Origin: Marsupella aquatica
Taxonomy: Eukaryota; Plantae; Marchantiophyta
DNA length: 64,000 nucleotides
NCBI GenBank assembly: GCA_973895155.1
Contig: OZ316893.1
Coordinates: 12,540,359-12,604,358, forward strand
Direction: 5' to 3'
The translations under genes were made by a program, and so were the position numbers. Numbering within the stretch: position 1 is the stretch's first letter; every line of letters starts with the position of its first letter. Positions 1-13,200 of this stretch are shown in pieces. The notes under the pieces were generated by a model. That model worked only from the letters and a program-made list of their open reading frames with translations. It was not told the origin of the DNA and made no database searches.

Positions 1-44
1 TGGCTTTCAAAATCTTTTGATAACTGTTGCACCCTGTCTAGCAG

Positions 45-1296
45 ATGCTGCTGTCGGTTCATTTGAGGAATGCCTTAGCAGGTACTTGTCTTCATGATGG
101 CATCTTTTTCCATATGCTATCTGTGCTGTGGCCTCAAATCCCAATTTGTGTCCCTTTACGCTTGTATTCAAAGATTCAGTCCTCACGGAACGTTTCTTTC
201 TTTCAATCCACAGAGGGCAGAGATACTTATTGAAGAAGTGGGAGGACTGCGGGCAGCCAAAAATTGTTGTTACATGTAATAGTCAAAATGAAATGTACGC
301 GATCTCGCTGAGTTGCCTCCCTTATGCCGCTCTATCACTATGACGGATTGAGCGGGAGTTTATGTGTAGGTTAATGTATGGGTTTTGTTGTGGTGCATAA
401 AAATGTCAGCTGTCCAACTCTAACGATTGGAATGGTAAATTTTGATTTTAAAATTCAGCGATGTCACCAAGTATTACAGGCATTAGAGTAGGAGCTTCTT
501 GTGGTCTCTTCGCATTCCAATGTAAGATGCTGGTCGAGCATTGGTATCAGCTAAGAGTCCTTTTTGATCTTTAGTACGGGATTATTGATGACAATGGTCG
601 AATGTGTAGGAATCAGCTAAGGGCAAAAGCAGAGAATGTTGGTCTGCCTGTCTTTACTGTGGCAGATGCTGGCCGCACTCAGGTGAGCTTTATTGTCAGT
701 TCAATTTGTCTAGAATGGGGAAGGATGTAGACTGAATTCTCTAGACTTGTATTATCTTGTTCTCTCTCTAGTAGCTCTCGAATATTCACTGTGTCATGGT
801 GCGACATGTATTTGGTTTTCATCCTTCAAGATGTAGGAATGATTTTGTTTGACGTCTAAATAATCTGATCTTACGCTTGACAGGTGGCTGCTGGATCACA
901 AACGGTTCTAGCTATTGGCCCAGGTGAAACTCATGGGATCCGGTCTCGTTTCATGTCCTCTGACTCCCGTATCTCAGTCATTACCAATTTTGTTCTAGCT
1001 CACTCCAGATGCTTGAGAGTAAAACTTTCTGTACACATGTCAAGTTTGCCTCTTGATTGGAGCAAAAAAGCGGTGGACGAGTCTGGGCAATAATAAATAA
1101 CAGGCTTCTGTCTCGATTTAGTTTGCCTAAACAGAGAACCTTTCAGGCTCCTTTTCTGCTGTGTACAGAGGACCTTGTCGTTGGTTCGAGTCATACTCTG
1201 GAAAAATATACACTGGTTGCAACTAAATTGGATGACTCCATGGCAGGGTTGAAGACAACTGTGGACTCCGTAACTCGACATCTGGCGCTACTTTGA
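45..1296 (+). CDS. PTH2: Peptidyl-tRNA hydrolase 2 (PTH2 family), 3' part; 5' exons lie upstream of the window
   Basis: GT-AG exons 45-81, 214-294, 610-682, 884-923 and 1247-1296 join in frame to (H)AAVGSFEECLSRGQRYLLKKWEDCGQPKIVVTCNSQNEMNQLRAKAENVGLPVFTVADAGRTQVAAGSQTVLAIGPGLKTTVDSVTRHLALL*. HAAV, GQPKIVV, DAGRTQ and TVLAIGPG are PTH2 signatures. Confidence 0.95.
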
Positions 1297-2142
1297 TGTG
1301 TGGGGTCTGAGCGTGTCGTGTATTTCCGTCATTTGCAATCTGCACAATTCAATGACACCGATCTGTGACCACGAACGATTGATTTAAAGATTCCCGAAAA
1401 GGACGCAGACAATCAGACAATTTCCACAAGGAAGCTCCGCAAGGAAGAAGCACGTAAGTTCGGCTGGACCGCGGGACGTGTTATTGACAGAAGGGAATGG
1501 AAGTCTGAATGCAGGGAGATACCAGGGTGGGTGATAACTGGTCGGGTGATCATTGGTTGATATTCCCCTTTTCACAGATAAGTAGCTAACTGGCGTACAG
1601 TATCTGAATATGGATGTTGGATTCCACAACGTGATATGCTGTCCAGAAGCTAAGTCATAGGCAGCATTTATAGCCCTGCTAAATGTCGGGAGATGCTTTC
1701 TGAGATGCTAATTAGATCTGCTCGAGTGAGTTGTGGATATTGGAGACCGTTTGATGATGTCGCCAATTTTATTAATTGGGAGATTCTGCAGCCCGCAATC
1801 AAGTTCCGGTGAATTGTGATGTTACCCTAAACAGTGGTGGTATTTGGATGGCAAATTACTGTAAAGTCGCGTAAAAGGATCGGAGCGAAAAATAAGTGGT
1901 CCTTTGGTCTGAAGTTGTTACTGTGCATTTGATCTCCATAAACAGAACAATGATGTACCCGATGATGTACCCGATGATGGACCCGACATTGATAAGAAGC
2001 ATTCATAAACATTGTGCAACTGTTGCGCCATCTCAGAATTACATTTATTTTGGAGACCCTGTACAAGTCAACTTCTCAATCAGTCAGCTACACAAAATTG
2101 GAGTACCAATGACGTCCTGATGAATGCCCCTCTAAGATATCA

Positions 2143-3926
2143 TCAACGAAAAGTGAATCCTCCCCTCTCGTCCTCGTGAACGTCCTCCTTTTTTGGCCTA
2201 ATATCATGATCGCCTTCAAACCATCTGAAGATTTCCTCATTTTTTCTAGCCAGGGTGGTGTGCATGGCATAAGCCACCCTCATCTCCTGGTCAATGGCTT
2301 CCTTGTAGAGCAGCTGGCCTGGCTTCTCCGGGTCGTCTGGCAGAATGCTTTTCCTTCGAAGGGCAATTTGCCAGTTCGTCACTTTATTTATCAAATAACC
2401 ATCCTTGTCAAGGATCGACCCATGACTTTTTAAGGCATCGAAGATGGCTCGAGAGGTGGGCGGATCCAAACCTGGAATGAGCTGTGACAACCAAGTCGGG
2501 GTGATGGGATGTGGATTCCAGGTGACCTCTTCGGCCGGAATTCCCAGGCGGCGGAGGTAGGCCATGATGTCCAGAATTGCCTCCGCTGATTTCGAGTCCC
2601 TGGGGCAATGCACAAAGAGCGTAGGAGGGTAGTAACCTCTCCTCACATGCCGCCAGGCCTCCCTGATCCCCTTCGACACCATCAAAACGATGGAGTCGAA
2701 CAACTGCGTCCCGTGGAGGCCCAGAGTGGACAAAGCATGGCCTCCCGATGAAGGCCCGAGTGCCACTGTGGAAGTGTTTACAAACCCGTGAGTTGCTTTC
2801 CAATCGGAGAGGATCGTCATCGCGTTGATGAGATCAGGGGAGTCTTGCGGCCATGCTTCCCATTCCTGGCCGAAGTTGAGAGGTGAGATCAACACTACAG
2901 CGTACCTCTGGCATAGAGCGTCCAGGACAATCTTGCGCATCTCTGGGAGCCCTGCTAGACAGACAGACAAGAAAGCAAGTCGTTCATAATTATCAGAAAA
3001 CCCGCCCTAGGTGGATGAATTATATGGTCAGTCTCAATCATCTCATCTCATATAATAAAAGATTGGCATATTGTAATCCAAAAAGTCATTTAGGCCGATG
3101 TTCACAAACTCTCAAATTTCGATACGCAATGCTATTTCCTATGTCTCATGTTGACGATGTCAGAAACTCACAATGAATTAATTGAATCATGGTCCCAGTG
3201 TCAGTCATCTCATCTCATCTCATCTCATCTCATCTCATCTCATCTCATCTCATCTCATCTCGGAGATGCAAAAAGATGGCATTATGTGCACATTGTAGTC
3301 ACATACGTGTTAATCAGGTCAGAGTTCACAAACTCTCGAATCTCGTTCAATGTTCATCATAATGAATTAATTACTGATTATGTCTGCCGCTTTCCTAAAC
3401 CTCAAATAAAATTTCAGTAGGCTGTCACTAAGAAATTGCATTTTAGCCGATATTCATGAACTCATGTCTAAGCACAAACTGTCCAATGTGGCCTCTAAAG
3501 CAGACTCAATCCATAGACCTTGCCTGTTAAATGCATGCAAAACCGCCAATAACTTCTCGGAGAAAGGACGAGAGGGTTATCATCGAAGTTCCATCCAGTA
3601 CCTCTGCATAGCGGGCAACTGGGAGTACGGTCCCAGAACTCCCAAGGAAGCGTCCCGCTGGCGATGGCTATGAAGAGCACCCGTTTGACTGGGCCAGGAG
3701 GAATTTGCCACAGCGTGACTGTCCTGTGAGGCCCAAGGTACTCTACAACGGGATCTAGCTTAACCTTTGGGCCGTCAATAATAACATGCGAGGGGATGTG
3801 GTGGTTCGTCGCCAAAGATAATGACGGGGCTGATGAATCCACGACGACATGACTGCTCGCAAACATACATAGAAAAACAATGAGCTCAAATGACCACCAC
3901 CACCACCACCACCACCTGTTGCCCAT
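2143..3926 (-). CDS. Uncharacterised alpha/beta-hydrolase-fold protein with hydrophobic N-terminus (~377 aa, 2 exons)
   Basis: Exon 1 3926-3602 (ATG at 3926, donor GTACTG) and exon 2 2951-2143 (acceptor TAGCAG) join as ...WQIPPGPVKRVLFIA...FWDRTPSCPLCRGLPE.... Nucleophile elbow GPSSGG, PPTLFVH-x-P-x-D segment and C-terminal AYAMH give a plausible Ser-Asp-His triad. Confidence 0.85.
3206..3260. repeat. (CATCT)11 pentanucleotide microsatellite in the hydrolase intron
   Basis: Perfect tandem run read directly from the sequence. Confidence 0.95.
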
Positions 3927-5662
3927 GCCAGATCTCAACGCAAGACACCCGAATGCGTTGTTTGGAGAGCTCGCGAACCACATCCAGCACCGCTCAAAAA
4001 TGCTAACGTATAGAACCTTTGTAATTCTTCAAGTGCTCAGGGACCTAGTTGATGGAACTCATGAGCGCAGGCCGGCCGTTCTTGTGACCGTTGAACTGAG
4101 CTCCAAACCCTCCGAGCTCCACAGTAACTTAAGGCTGCTAAAATTTGTGCCTTGACTCCTTGAGGCCATACTGACAACGATTCTACGGATCCGGAACTAG
4201 ATGTTCCAAAGCTCCAAGAGCTAGATGAGTTCGAGGCAAAAAGGGAGAAAGAGCAGTACGGTGGGCAGAGGAGTCCCTGCAGATTTCGCACAGTGCCACA
4301 CTTACAATTCCAACACTGCCAGCTCAATTGCACTGTACCGTTGAGCTCAGCAGTTCTGTAATAATCGAGGAAAGTGGGGGACGAACGAATGCAGTGGAAC
4401 TGTGGAAGGAAAATCAAGCTTGCTTTTAGAATTCGTGCTCGAATCCAACGCACGAGAATACACTTCCAGTGGCGGTGTCCTCGGTTCCCTGACTCTCTTC
4501 CTCGTCTGTTTGCAAAATGTGGTCATCTTCACATTTCTTTCTCTGTGGAACACACTTTTCGATTGAGCTCACTGTTTTAGAAAGTGTGGCCTTCTTGGAG
4601 CACCACTGCACTCTCACCCTTCCAGAGTGCCGGCGGGCAAGGGAGACGCTACTCATGAGAGTGTTTACTCCCTGCTCCCATTTTAATTCTCTGGGCCCGC
4701 TTGGACATAAGCTTTTCTTCTCGAGATCTGTTTAAACGAAAAAGAATATATATATATACACACTTTTTCCAGAAAAGGGCCAAAGAGAGTACAAACTAAC
4801 AAACAAGACAGGTCCAAGTGTACAAACGCAAAAGAAGTGAGCAAAAGAAAACCCCTAAAAACCAAGAAAATGGAACTAAAATTATCGCAAATGGACCGAG
4901 GTACTCATCATTCCTAGCAAATGTGGCCAAAAGCTAATGGTCTATATCAAGTGTCGAAACTAATCGGCAAGTGGAACTAGAATGTCCTCTAGGGGGTCTG
5001 TTTGGAAGTGGAGAGCTTAGTTGGTGATCTCATTGTAACCCTTTAGCTCATCACCCTATTAGTGTAGACCATGAGCTCATCTTGTGATTTGTGTAGATTT
5101 TGCTAGTTAGAAAACCATGGGAAGTTAGATTTTCTAGTTAGGGACTAGGGTCACTTCCATGGAAGTGACATATCACGAGCGACAAAGCATACGGCAATTT
5201 AATGATTTTTGATAGAATACTTATTAAGTTGTTCATGGAAATATAGAGATATTGTATTGTACAGATCATCATGTGATTGATGTCGTACAACTTTATATAA
5301 AGTGACTTAGGAGGGTCATAAATAAACCAAACCTTTGCATGTGGTGTATGACACTCCATAAAGTCAACACATGGAGAGACTTGGCTGCAAATTATCAAAA
5401 ATGAGACATTCTCTCATCTGTGTAATCTATACTATATATATAGCAGAAAGAGGGTCTTGCGGCAGCCCATCCAGGTTGCAAAAATCTATGTGGGCCTTTA
5501 GGCAACCATGGAGGGTTAATAGGGCTACAATTATTGGAGGAATTGGACTCCAATGAGAAGTAAGAATGCACTAACTTCTAAGAAGATTAGTGAGTCTACA
5601 CAAAAGAATGCACATGCCCATAAAACAATCAAAGCCAGGGTGTAGAATCCTAAGGACCTCCA

Positions 5663-6012
5663 TGTTAGGATTTACTCTTAGGTCTAGAGTTATGACTGTA
5701 CCGTAGTTAAAGTTAACCTTAGTCGCAGACTTCAATTGGTTAAGTTAGTCATGCTGTGCACACTCTATAACCAAGCGGTGTTTGCTTGGAGAGAGGGAAC
5801 TCAGGCTCATTGTTACGGAGCTAGTTGAGAGATAGAGAGAGCTTGCGTTGTGGATGCTTGGTATAGCCGGTCGGCCTAGAGTGCAGTAAAGCTCATGTGT
5901 GTTCCCGTGGACGTAACCTCATGTGGAAGTGAACCACGTATCTCTTTGTGTCGACTCTTGAGTGTTGGATGGTTCATGGACTTGCCGTTGCAATGGTCGT
6001 CTACGCTCAACA
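5663..6012 (+). mobile_element. Solo LTR (350 bp) of a Ty1/copia family
   Basis: TGTT...AACA termini with a perfect 5-bp target-site duplication CTCCA at 5658-5662 and 6013-6017. 5796-6012 aligns closely with 19582-19798, the LTR that follows a copia RNase H. Confidence 0.92.
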
Positions 6013-6907
6013 CTCCAAAGCAAGCAAATAGAATAGTTCTCTAAGGTGACAAGTAAAATATACCTTCTCCATGAGCTGGGTTGCCTTGGATGTGGCACAA
6101 CATGTTGGTGGCAGTTTCCACCTTTTTTTAGTTTCCAAGATCTGATTAGGGTCATCCATTGGAGAAAAAACTGCTGCTTTTCACTCTACAAAACACTTGG
6201 GGCACTTTCAACCTAAACATGATGGTATATTATGTATGACATGAATAATTGTTTTTTTATCATTTCATGAATATTTAAAGAATGGAAATTATACAGTGTC
6301 TTGTAAAGCCACCCTAAGTGCATAATATTTAAAAAATGGAAATAAGAAATATATTTTGTTAACGTTCATTGTCCTCTTCTCTACTCTAGTGTCTTGTAAA
6401 GACACCCTAATGGCACTAGTCAAGCATAGCAGCGCTAGAGTAGGACGCGTCTCCGTTACCGGCTGACACCGAACTGGCCCGGTCATCGTGGCTCCTAACC
6501 AGTCAGTTACCTGAAGCAAATCTTTACGCAAGGTCTTACAGTGTAATTCAGCGGAGCGTGTAGGTCCATTGGAAACTTCCTCAATTTTGATCATCCTCTT
6601 CTCCTCTCAGCTCCTCTCCTCTCCTCTCCCTTTCACCAGGTTTTAAGAATTCTTCGACCGCAACTATTGCTATAACTGCGACATCGTAGTGCTAATAAGC
6701 GGAGCAGGATCAGAGAGAGGCAGATTTTTGGAGTCGATAGTGGTTCGTGAATTCGGCACGGTCGAAAGGACTACGTATTGAGCCCGATTTACACTTGCCT
6801 TGGCGTTGGACGGGTACTTGAATCGTATTTGTCGTCGTCGATGATAGATTGTTCTTGTGCTCAATTGGTGGAGGTCGCTTAAATTCGAGTATTTGTGCTG
6901 CTGCAGT

Positions 6908-6933
6908 GCAGAGCAGAGCAGAGCAGAGCAGAG
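6908..6933. repeat. (GCAGA)n microsatellite in the presumed NFU 5' UTR
   Basis: About five tandem GCAGA units 60-85 bp upstream of the ATG. Confidence 0.8.
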
Positions 6934-6991
6934 CGAGTGGTTTGTTGTTTTGTTGGAGGATGAGCAGCCTTTGTGTCAAGTGTTGATTATT

Positions 6992-9900
6992 ATGGCTTCG
7001 AATTCGGTTCGATCGCTCGGGGCGGTGCTCCTTAAGAGGATTTTCGAGAGAGGAATTGGAGTGCGTAGTGGTAGCGGCCCTGCTCTGTTACTGCGACCTA
7101 TTTCCAGCTGCTGCTGGTCCGGAGGAATACTCGGAGATGGCCAATGGCGCGATCGATCGCTGTTGGGAAGACGTGCTGGTTTGGAGACGAGTTTGCTGGT
7201 TACACCTGCCCAAGGCTCCATCGGCCATCCATCGCAAGGTTGGTTCAAGCATCTGATTTTTGTGGACGTTTCTTTGCACCCGAATATTGTCAGATTCCAT
7301 CCCTAACCCCCACTTCTCGTTTTCTCTCTGGCCACGGACTGAGGGCACGATTGCTTATACTCGCTTTCTCGATCTATGTATCTGCCGCCTACTCCCAATA
7401 TGTTGCAGCTGCACACCTTGAATCTACCTTATGACTTGGATCATGAAGTTCTGTCCCATCTGCAGCCTAGTATATCCTGTCACTTATTTCCTTGAGGCCA
7501 TGTGGACTTTAGAGTGGAATCAAGTCAGTCAATTGGATTGAATTCGGTTCTCTCTGCGTTGTTGTCATTCCGTCGCCTTCACCCTGGACACGCTAACTCT
7601 TGAATGGTCCACCTAGACGCAGTCGATGTCACTGCCAATGGGGTTTGTCGATTTCATAACTAGCGCAGAGTTGTCTTGTCTTTCGCTGCTCTCCAGCAAG
7701 ATTTTTAGTTAGGACTACAAAGTTCAGGGAGAGAAGGCTCGAGTTTTACTACATTAAAGCGTTAACCCGTCCGAAAACATCAGCATCAGCAGCTGTCGAA
7801 AGGATAGCATCAACCAGTTGTACTGAAATTAAGGAGTGCAGTAGTCCATACAACAAGAAAAGGAAATCTGGATAAATGGCCCGGAATTAGGGTTTTCCTA
7901 GGAAAGCCTGTTAAGCGTTGTCGTAGCAGGCAGGTGAAATCTCGAGTGCACAAACTGAAGGAAGTCCAATAACTGTAAAAGTTGGCACTTCGCTGTATCG
8001 ATGCTTGCCCGATAGAGTTAGGTTAGTCTCCAGGAAGAATATTGATTCGGTCCATATTATCTGCGGCTGTATACTTCTCGTTTGGTGTAGGTCTCAAAGC
8101 CAGTGTATACCGTCTCGAAGTTGAAGTCCAAAAGCTCTTTTCCACTTTTTTGTGATATTAATTTTGCGACTTCGTTTTCTTCTTGTTTCAGTTTTACATC
8201 GACGAACGATGTTTATACAGACACAGAGCACACCCAATCCGACCTCACTCATGTTCTTTCCTGGAAAACCGGTCATGGAGGTCGGCAGTTCAGACTTCCC
8301 AAATTCACGAGTAGCGATGGGATCGCCACTTGCAAAAGCTCTCTTCAGAATCGATGGTAAGTTTGCTGCTCTGGACTCTTTCCAGAAGCCTAGCAAGAAG
8401 GAAAATTTGCCTTTAGAAATGTCTTAAGTTGATTTTGTCATTGAAATTCAGATTTGGTGATTTCCTCGGTCTAGGTTAGGTGACCAAGATGTGGAAAATG
8501 GAGGTGGGGTGGATTTTATATTCTCACGAGTAGATGGATTTTCTTTCATTAGTAGTAAAATTGGCTCAATCGGACGGATGGGATTGATGGAGTCGGTGCT
8601 GTTATAAATCGTTTATGAATAAAAATTTCTCCAATTACAGAAGCGAGACATAAAGAGACTGGTAAATTTAGAGGCACTGTCAGTTACGAGGGACGAAAAC
8701 TATGGAAAGTGCCTTGACCAATTTGGGAACCAGATGTAGAGAATGAATGAATGCACATATAACATAGGCGTTAGTGGGCTGCATGACCAAAGTGTATGAT
8801 TAAGAATAATCTCGATCCCTTCACCAGAAAGGATCAAAACTGTTGACGTATGAAGAAAATTAGTGGGTGCCAGAAGATACAAAAGACCGTCAACCTTCAT
8901 CTGGTGTCAAACTGAATGGGTTCCTTGATGCAGATTAAAGACAATAAAATACAGATAAAAGTCACGGTCTTCTGAGACCTAAGTTTAGGGCACTAATCAT
9001 CTGAGCAAATATGGCAGGTGTTGTTCGTGTATTCTTCGGGGCAGACTTTGTCACAGTAACAAAGGATGAGGACATATCTTGGGATGTTTTGAAGCCCGAA
9101 ATATTTGCAGCCATCATGGACTTTTACACATCCAAAGAGTCACTTTTTTATGATGCTCAAACAAAGGCAGCATCAGATACAGCAATCAATGAGGTCGAGT
9201 CTCCCACTTACTAGTATTGTGGTAAAACAGATTGTTGACTAGTATTCTGTCAAAAGTGACTTAATTACTCTGTTGTTGTTAAAACAATTTTGGGAGCCTC
9301 CTGTGATGGACTCATGGGAAACGTTGTATCTGGAACTAAACGATGGGATCCTGGGTTAGTTTTTACGTCTTTGGTGAAGTCCTAGTGGCTGAAATATGTA
9401 CGTGTCAACACAGGATGATGATGAGACCGTCGCTATGATTAAGGAGTTATTGGAAACCAGAATCAGACCAGCTGTTCAAGACGACGGTGGTGATATTGAG
9501 TTCCATGGTTTTGACGAGTAAGTATTATTTGGTTGTATGTTGTAAATCCGCCCAAGACGCTTTCAACCTGAGGCAGCACAATATTGTTGGATTTGCCTTC
9601 GATTCTCTTTCGTTTAGGAATGCAATTATGTTTATTTGTTCAAAAGTTATTGTTTGTCTTTTTGACATTGTTGAACGGATCATGTTACAGGGACACAGGT
9701 ATTGTAAAACTGAAGATGCAAGGGGCTTGCAGAGGGTGTCCGAGCTCTGCAGTCACGTTAAAGACAGGAATTGAGAATATGTTGATGCACTACATCCCAG
9801 AGGTGAATCATTGTTTCGAATATCTTTCTTAGAACTGAAGAGGGACTTCTATTCTGTTCTGTCCCTGCGATAATTTCGGTCTGCTTGGTCGGGAATGATT

Positions 9901-10217
9901 GTTGACTTTTGTTGCGTCAGAGGTTTGGTGTCGTGATTTGTAGCTTAGGACACCTCAAATAAGAATCTGGAACCTAATTGAACACACTTGGCATGTATCA
10001 CATCCCACTTCTTTTGCTGACATTTGTTTCTGTTCTTCAATATTCCACATTGCGGTCCTTGTGGGGATTTGTGAATTTTCAGTGGTCTTCTTGCATTTGC
10101 CTCTTAAATATCTGTCAATATTTTTGACAAACGTCAAGTTGGTTGGAGCAGATCAAAGGTGTAGAGGAGCATCATGATGAGGACAGTGAAGATGAGGCAG
10201 CTAGCCCTGGGGTTTGA
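6992..10217 (+). CDS. NFU4: Mitochondrial NifU-like Fe-S cluster carrier (NFU4/NFU5/NFU1-type), ~289 aa, 6 exons
   Basis: Exons 6992-7238, 8192-8356, 9018-9193, 9414-9517, 9691-9802 and 10152-10217 total 870 nt in frame. An Arg/Ser-rich presequence is followed by [43 protein letters not shown] and [31 protein letters not shown] (CxxC). Confidence 0.96.
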
Positions 10218-13200
10218 TTATAAAGTTTCATCCAATCAAAAAGTTAACAGCATCTTTAGCCCATTTGGAGACGAGGGTCTTCAGGAGATTATTTTTCAGC
10301 TTGAGTGCGACAGTAGGTCAACAGTGCACCTTGTAATGTATTTTAGTCGGTGACTTGTATTGTATCTGGGGATAGTGGCTTTACATGTGCTTAATGATGA
10401 TAAGACGGAGATGCGCCAGGCGAACATGTATATCCCCTAATCGAGCTGCGCAAAGGACCCGAAGGTAACGATGACATTAGGATACACAAACACATAAATG
10501 GACACTTTTATGTGTGAATGTTTACATGCCCTTCGAGATGTGCGGTAGACTTGAGGTTGGCTGTGCTGTGGACATTGGTGATTGACAATTATTTGAGTAG
10601 GGGAAGAATGGAATTAAATTACGGAATTAGGAGCCAGAAGTTCCATTGTTACTTAATAGGACCACGTATCCATGTCACACTTGAAGCAATGAAAGAGTTC
10701 TACCAAATTACAGCACGAATTAAGGAGGTCGACCGACAAAGTGTGATTGATTGGTTAACAAAGGTTACTGCTGAATGTCCTGCAGAGCCTTCTTGTGCCC
10801 TTTAAGCACTTGGGATTCCTTCACATTTTCAGCAAATAGAAGTGTGCCACAACACTACACACAGACGAACAAGGAGTATCTATGCGCTTGTTTCTTGCAG
10901 TATTAGATGGGAATGGTGGGGTCCGAATTGCCAGGTTCGTCTTTAGAAAAGTCAGCCCCAATGGAGCATACGGTTGGAGATGATTTCTATACACTTTGGG
11001 CATTTTCATCCACAACATTGAGATCAGAGTTTCCTTTATGGTTAGACTAGTTAGGGAAATAATATGATTGTCACTGACCTGATGTTCTCGCATGTAAAAT
11101 GAAATGAATGCACAGTGTGCAAAATTAATCTTTGAGCTTATGCAAAGTCCGGTTTTTGGAAGAAACCTGAGCATTTTGTTCTTGCTGTTGTATCTGAGAA
11201 CCAAGGCAAAATTTTGATGAGAATTCCATCCGATGGGAGAAATTTATAACTAAGTGACTTGCAGCCATGGAGTGCAAATGCACATTTGATGAGAAACTCT
11301 AAACTGTTGCAATGGGCATGTTGCATTTCCTCTTTCCAACCTTCTGGGCCAAATAATCAGTCAACTAAATCAGCCAGTCCAGGACTCTGGCCACTTTGCC
11401 ACTATGCACCATTTGAATGGTTGAATTGTGGGTTTATGTCCAGAAAAAGCTCAAGGGCCAACATCAAGGAGCTTTTGGCACGGCGAGACCTACTAGTTGA
11501 GCAAGCACAACATAGGCCCAGGCTAATTCATAGCTTTGATCAGTCGTCCGTCTTAGACCATTGAAGAACTCAGGCCAAAATTTAGACAATGGAGCAAACT
11601 GAAGAGACTATAATTGTACCTTTTCCCAATTTGAGAACTCCCACATCTCTTTTTGGAATGCACCTCGATCGCTCATACTATTTTTTTATAGCTAGACGGT
11701 TTCACCTCTGCAAAAATAACTTATCATGTGTAACAAAGCTCAATGCCATTTTATTGGTTCTAAGGGAAGATTTAAAAACATTATGGTATTTTTGAGACTT
11801 ATAAGACCATTAAGATATATCTAATCGTGTTTTGGAATAATTATTTCAAGAATAGTCCAACTTGAAACGGGTAAACCATATATACTTCTTACATAATTTG
11901 TCCATAATTTCTTACATAATTTGTTTTCTCCTTGTTTTGTGGGGCCTGACCTCTCAAAAGATGATGGGGAGGCTTCCATATGATGAGATCCCCAATTTTT
12001 GAGGGTTAGAGGCAAATAGAATGTTTTTAAAACCAAAATTTGAATTTTAAAATTAGTTTTAAGATGGAGGTAAAAACAGAGTAATTTATTTCATAAGTTC
12101 TGCTCAAGGTTACAAACTGTGGCTCTGCATGACTCAGGCCTCCATATAGTGAGACCCTTGAGTTTTGTAGGTGAGATCCTGAAACTCAGTAGCAAAACTT
12201 AAAGAAGCTTAGCCCAAAAATAAACCAAAATATCGCCAAGCCTTGAAGACAACAACCTAACATGAAACCTCGCTAAAACAAACTCCCAGTCACTCAAGAG
12301 GATCACTATTTGTAAGAATTTCACATCAAGTGTGATGGTTTTTTTTTCTTGAAAATCCTTATGAAAAATAAGTCATGCGGATATATATAAACCATTATAA
12401 AATTTCTTTGCATAATTGTTGTACTTAAAAATCATGTAATGGTAATTTTGAACTCTTATTTCCATATTATTGGTACTTACCTCTAAAGCTTTGCTAGGTT
12501 AAGTTTAACCATAGTTAAAGGCTGCTGAGGTTAGCTAGTGGAGACTAGGCACCTTGAAGGAGTTCTTGAATGAGCTCACACTTAAAGACCTTGGACAATC
12601 ACTAAGTGTAAAATTCCCTTATATATGCACAACAATTTGAGTGAAGAAATTAAAAAAACCCTTGTACCATTTATTGTATGAGTGACTTTGACAAATTTTT
12701 AATTACCTTGTTGAATATAGAATATAACCTTCATTTTTCCGCACCCCGTTCTAACATTCAATGGGTTATGCCCTATGCTGGGCTAGAGATCAGTTTCAAG
12801 GAGAGACTAAATGAGAGATAGAAAACAATAATAATCTACAACTATAATAGACAATCCCGCCATTTTTGTCCTTCCTCCTGTTACAAAATCCAATATTGGC
12901 GGGAATCAAAACTGACCATTAGATATTTGAGTGGATTTATTGTATCCGTTTGATTCACTTGCGAGGACTTCCACTCCCGACAATACCATCCGGTCCCTCT
13001 ACGCCTGCCTCCTGCCTATGCCTTCCTTGAAAATACGTGCCTCGCGCCGGACCCTCACGCCACCATCAATGAGGGGATAACGATGCCTCATCATCCCCCC
13101 TCTCCACCGTGCCTCATCATTCCCTCCCTCGCAAATGCTCCCCCCATGCCTATGTCAATCCGTCCCCTCCCCTCTGTGCCTCATCATTCCCTCCCTCCCT

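Noticed and set aside
1060-1093. KKAVDE peptide in a PTH2 intron resembling the PTH2 C-terminus
   Set aside because: No suitable acceptor; exon 1247-1296 supplies the proper C-terminus.
9715-9745. NFU motif CRGC instead of the common CSGC
   Set aside because: Both cysteines are retained; a single spacer substitution is not evidence of new function.
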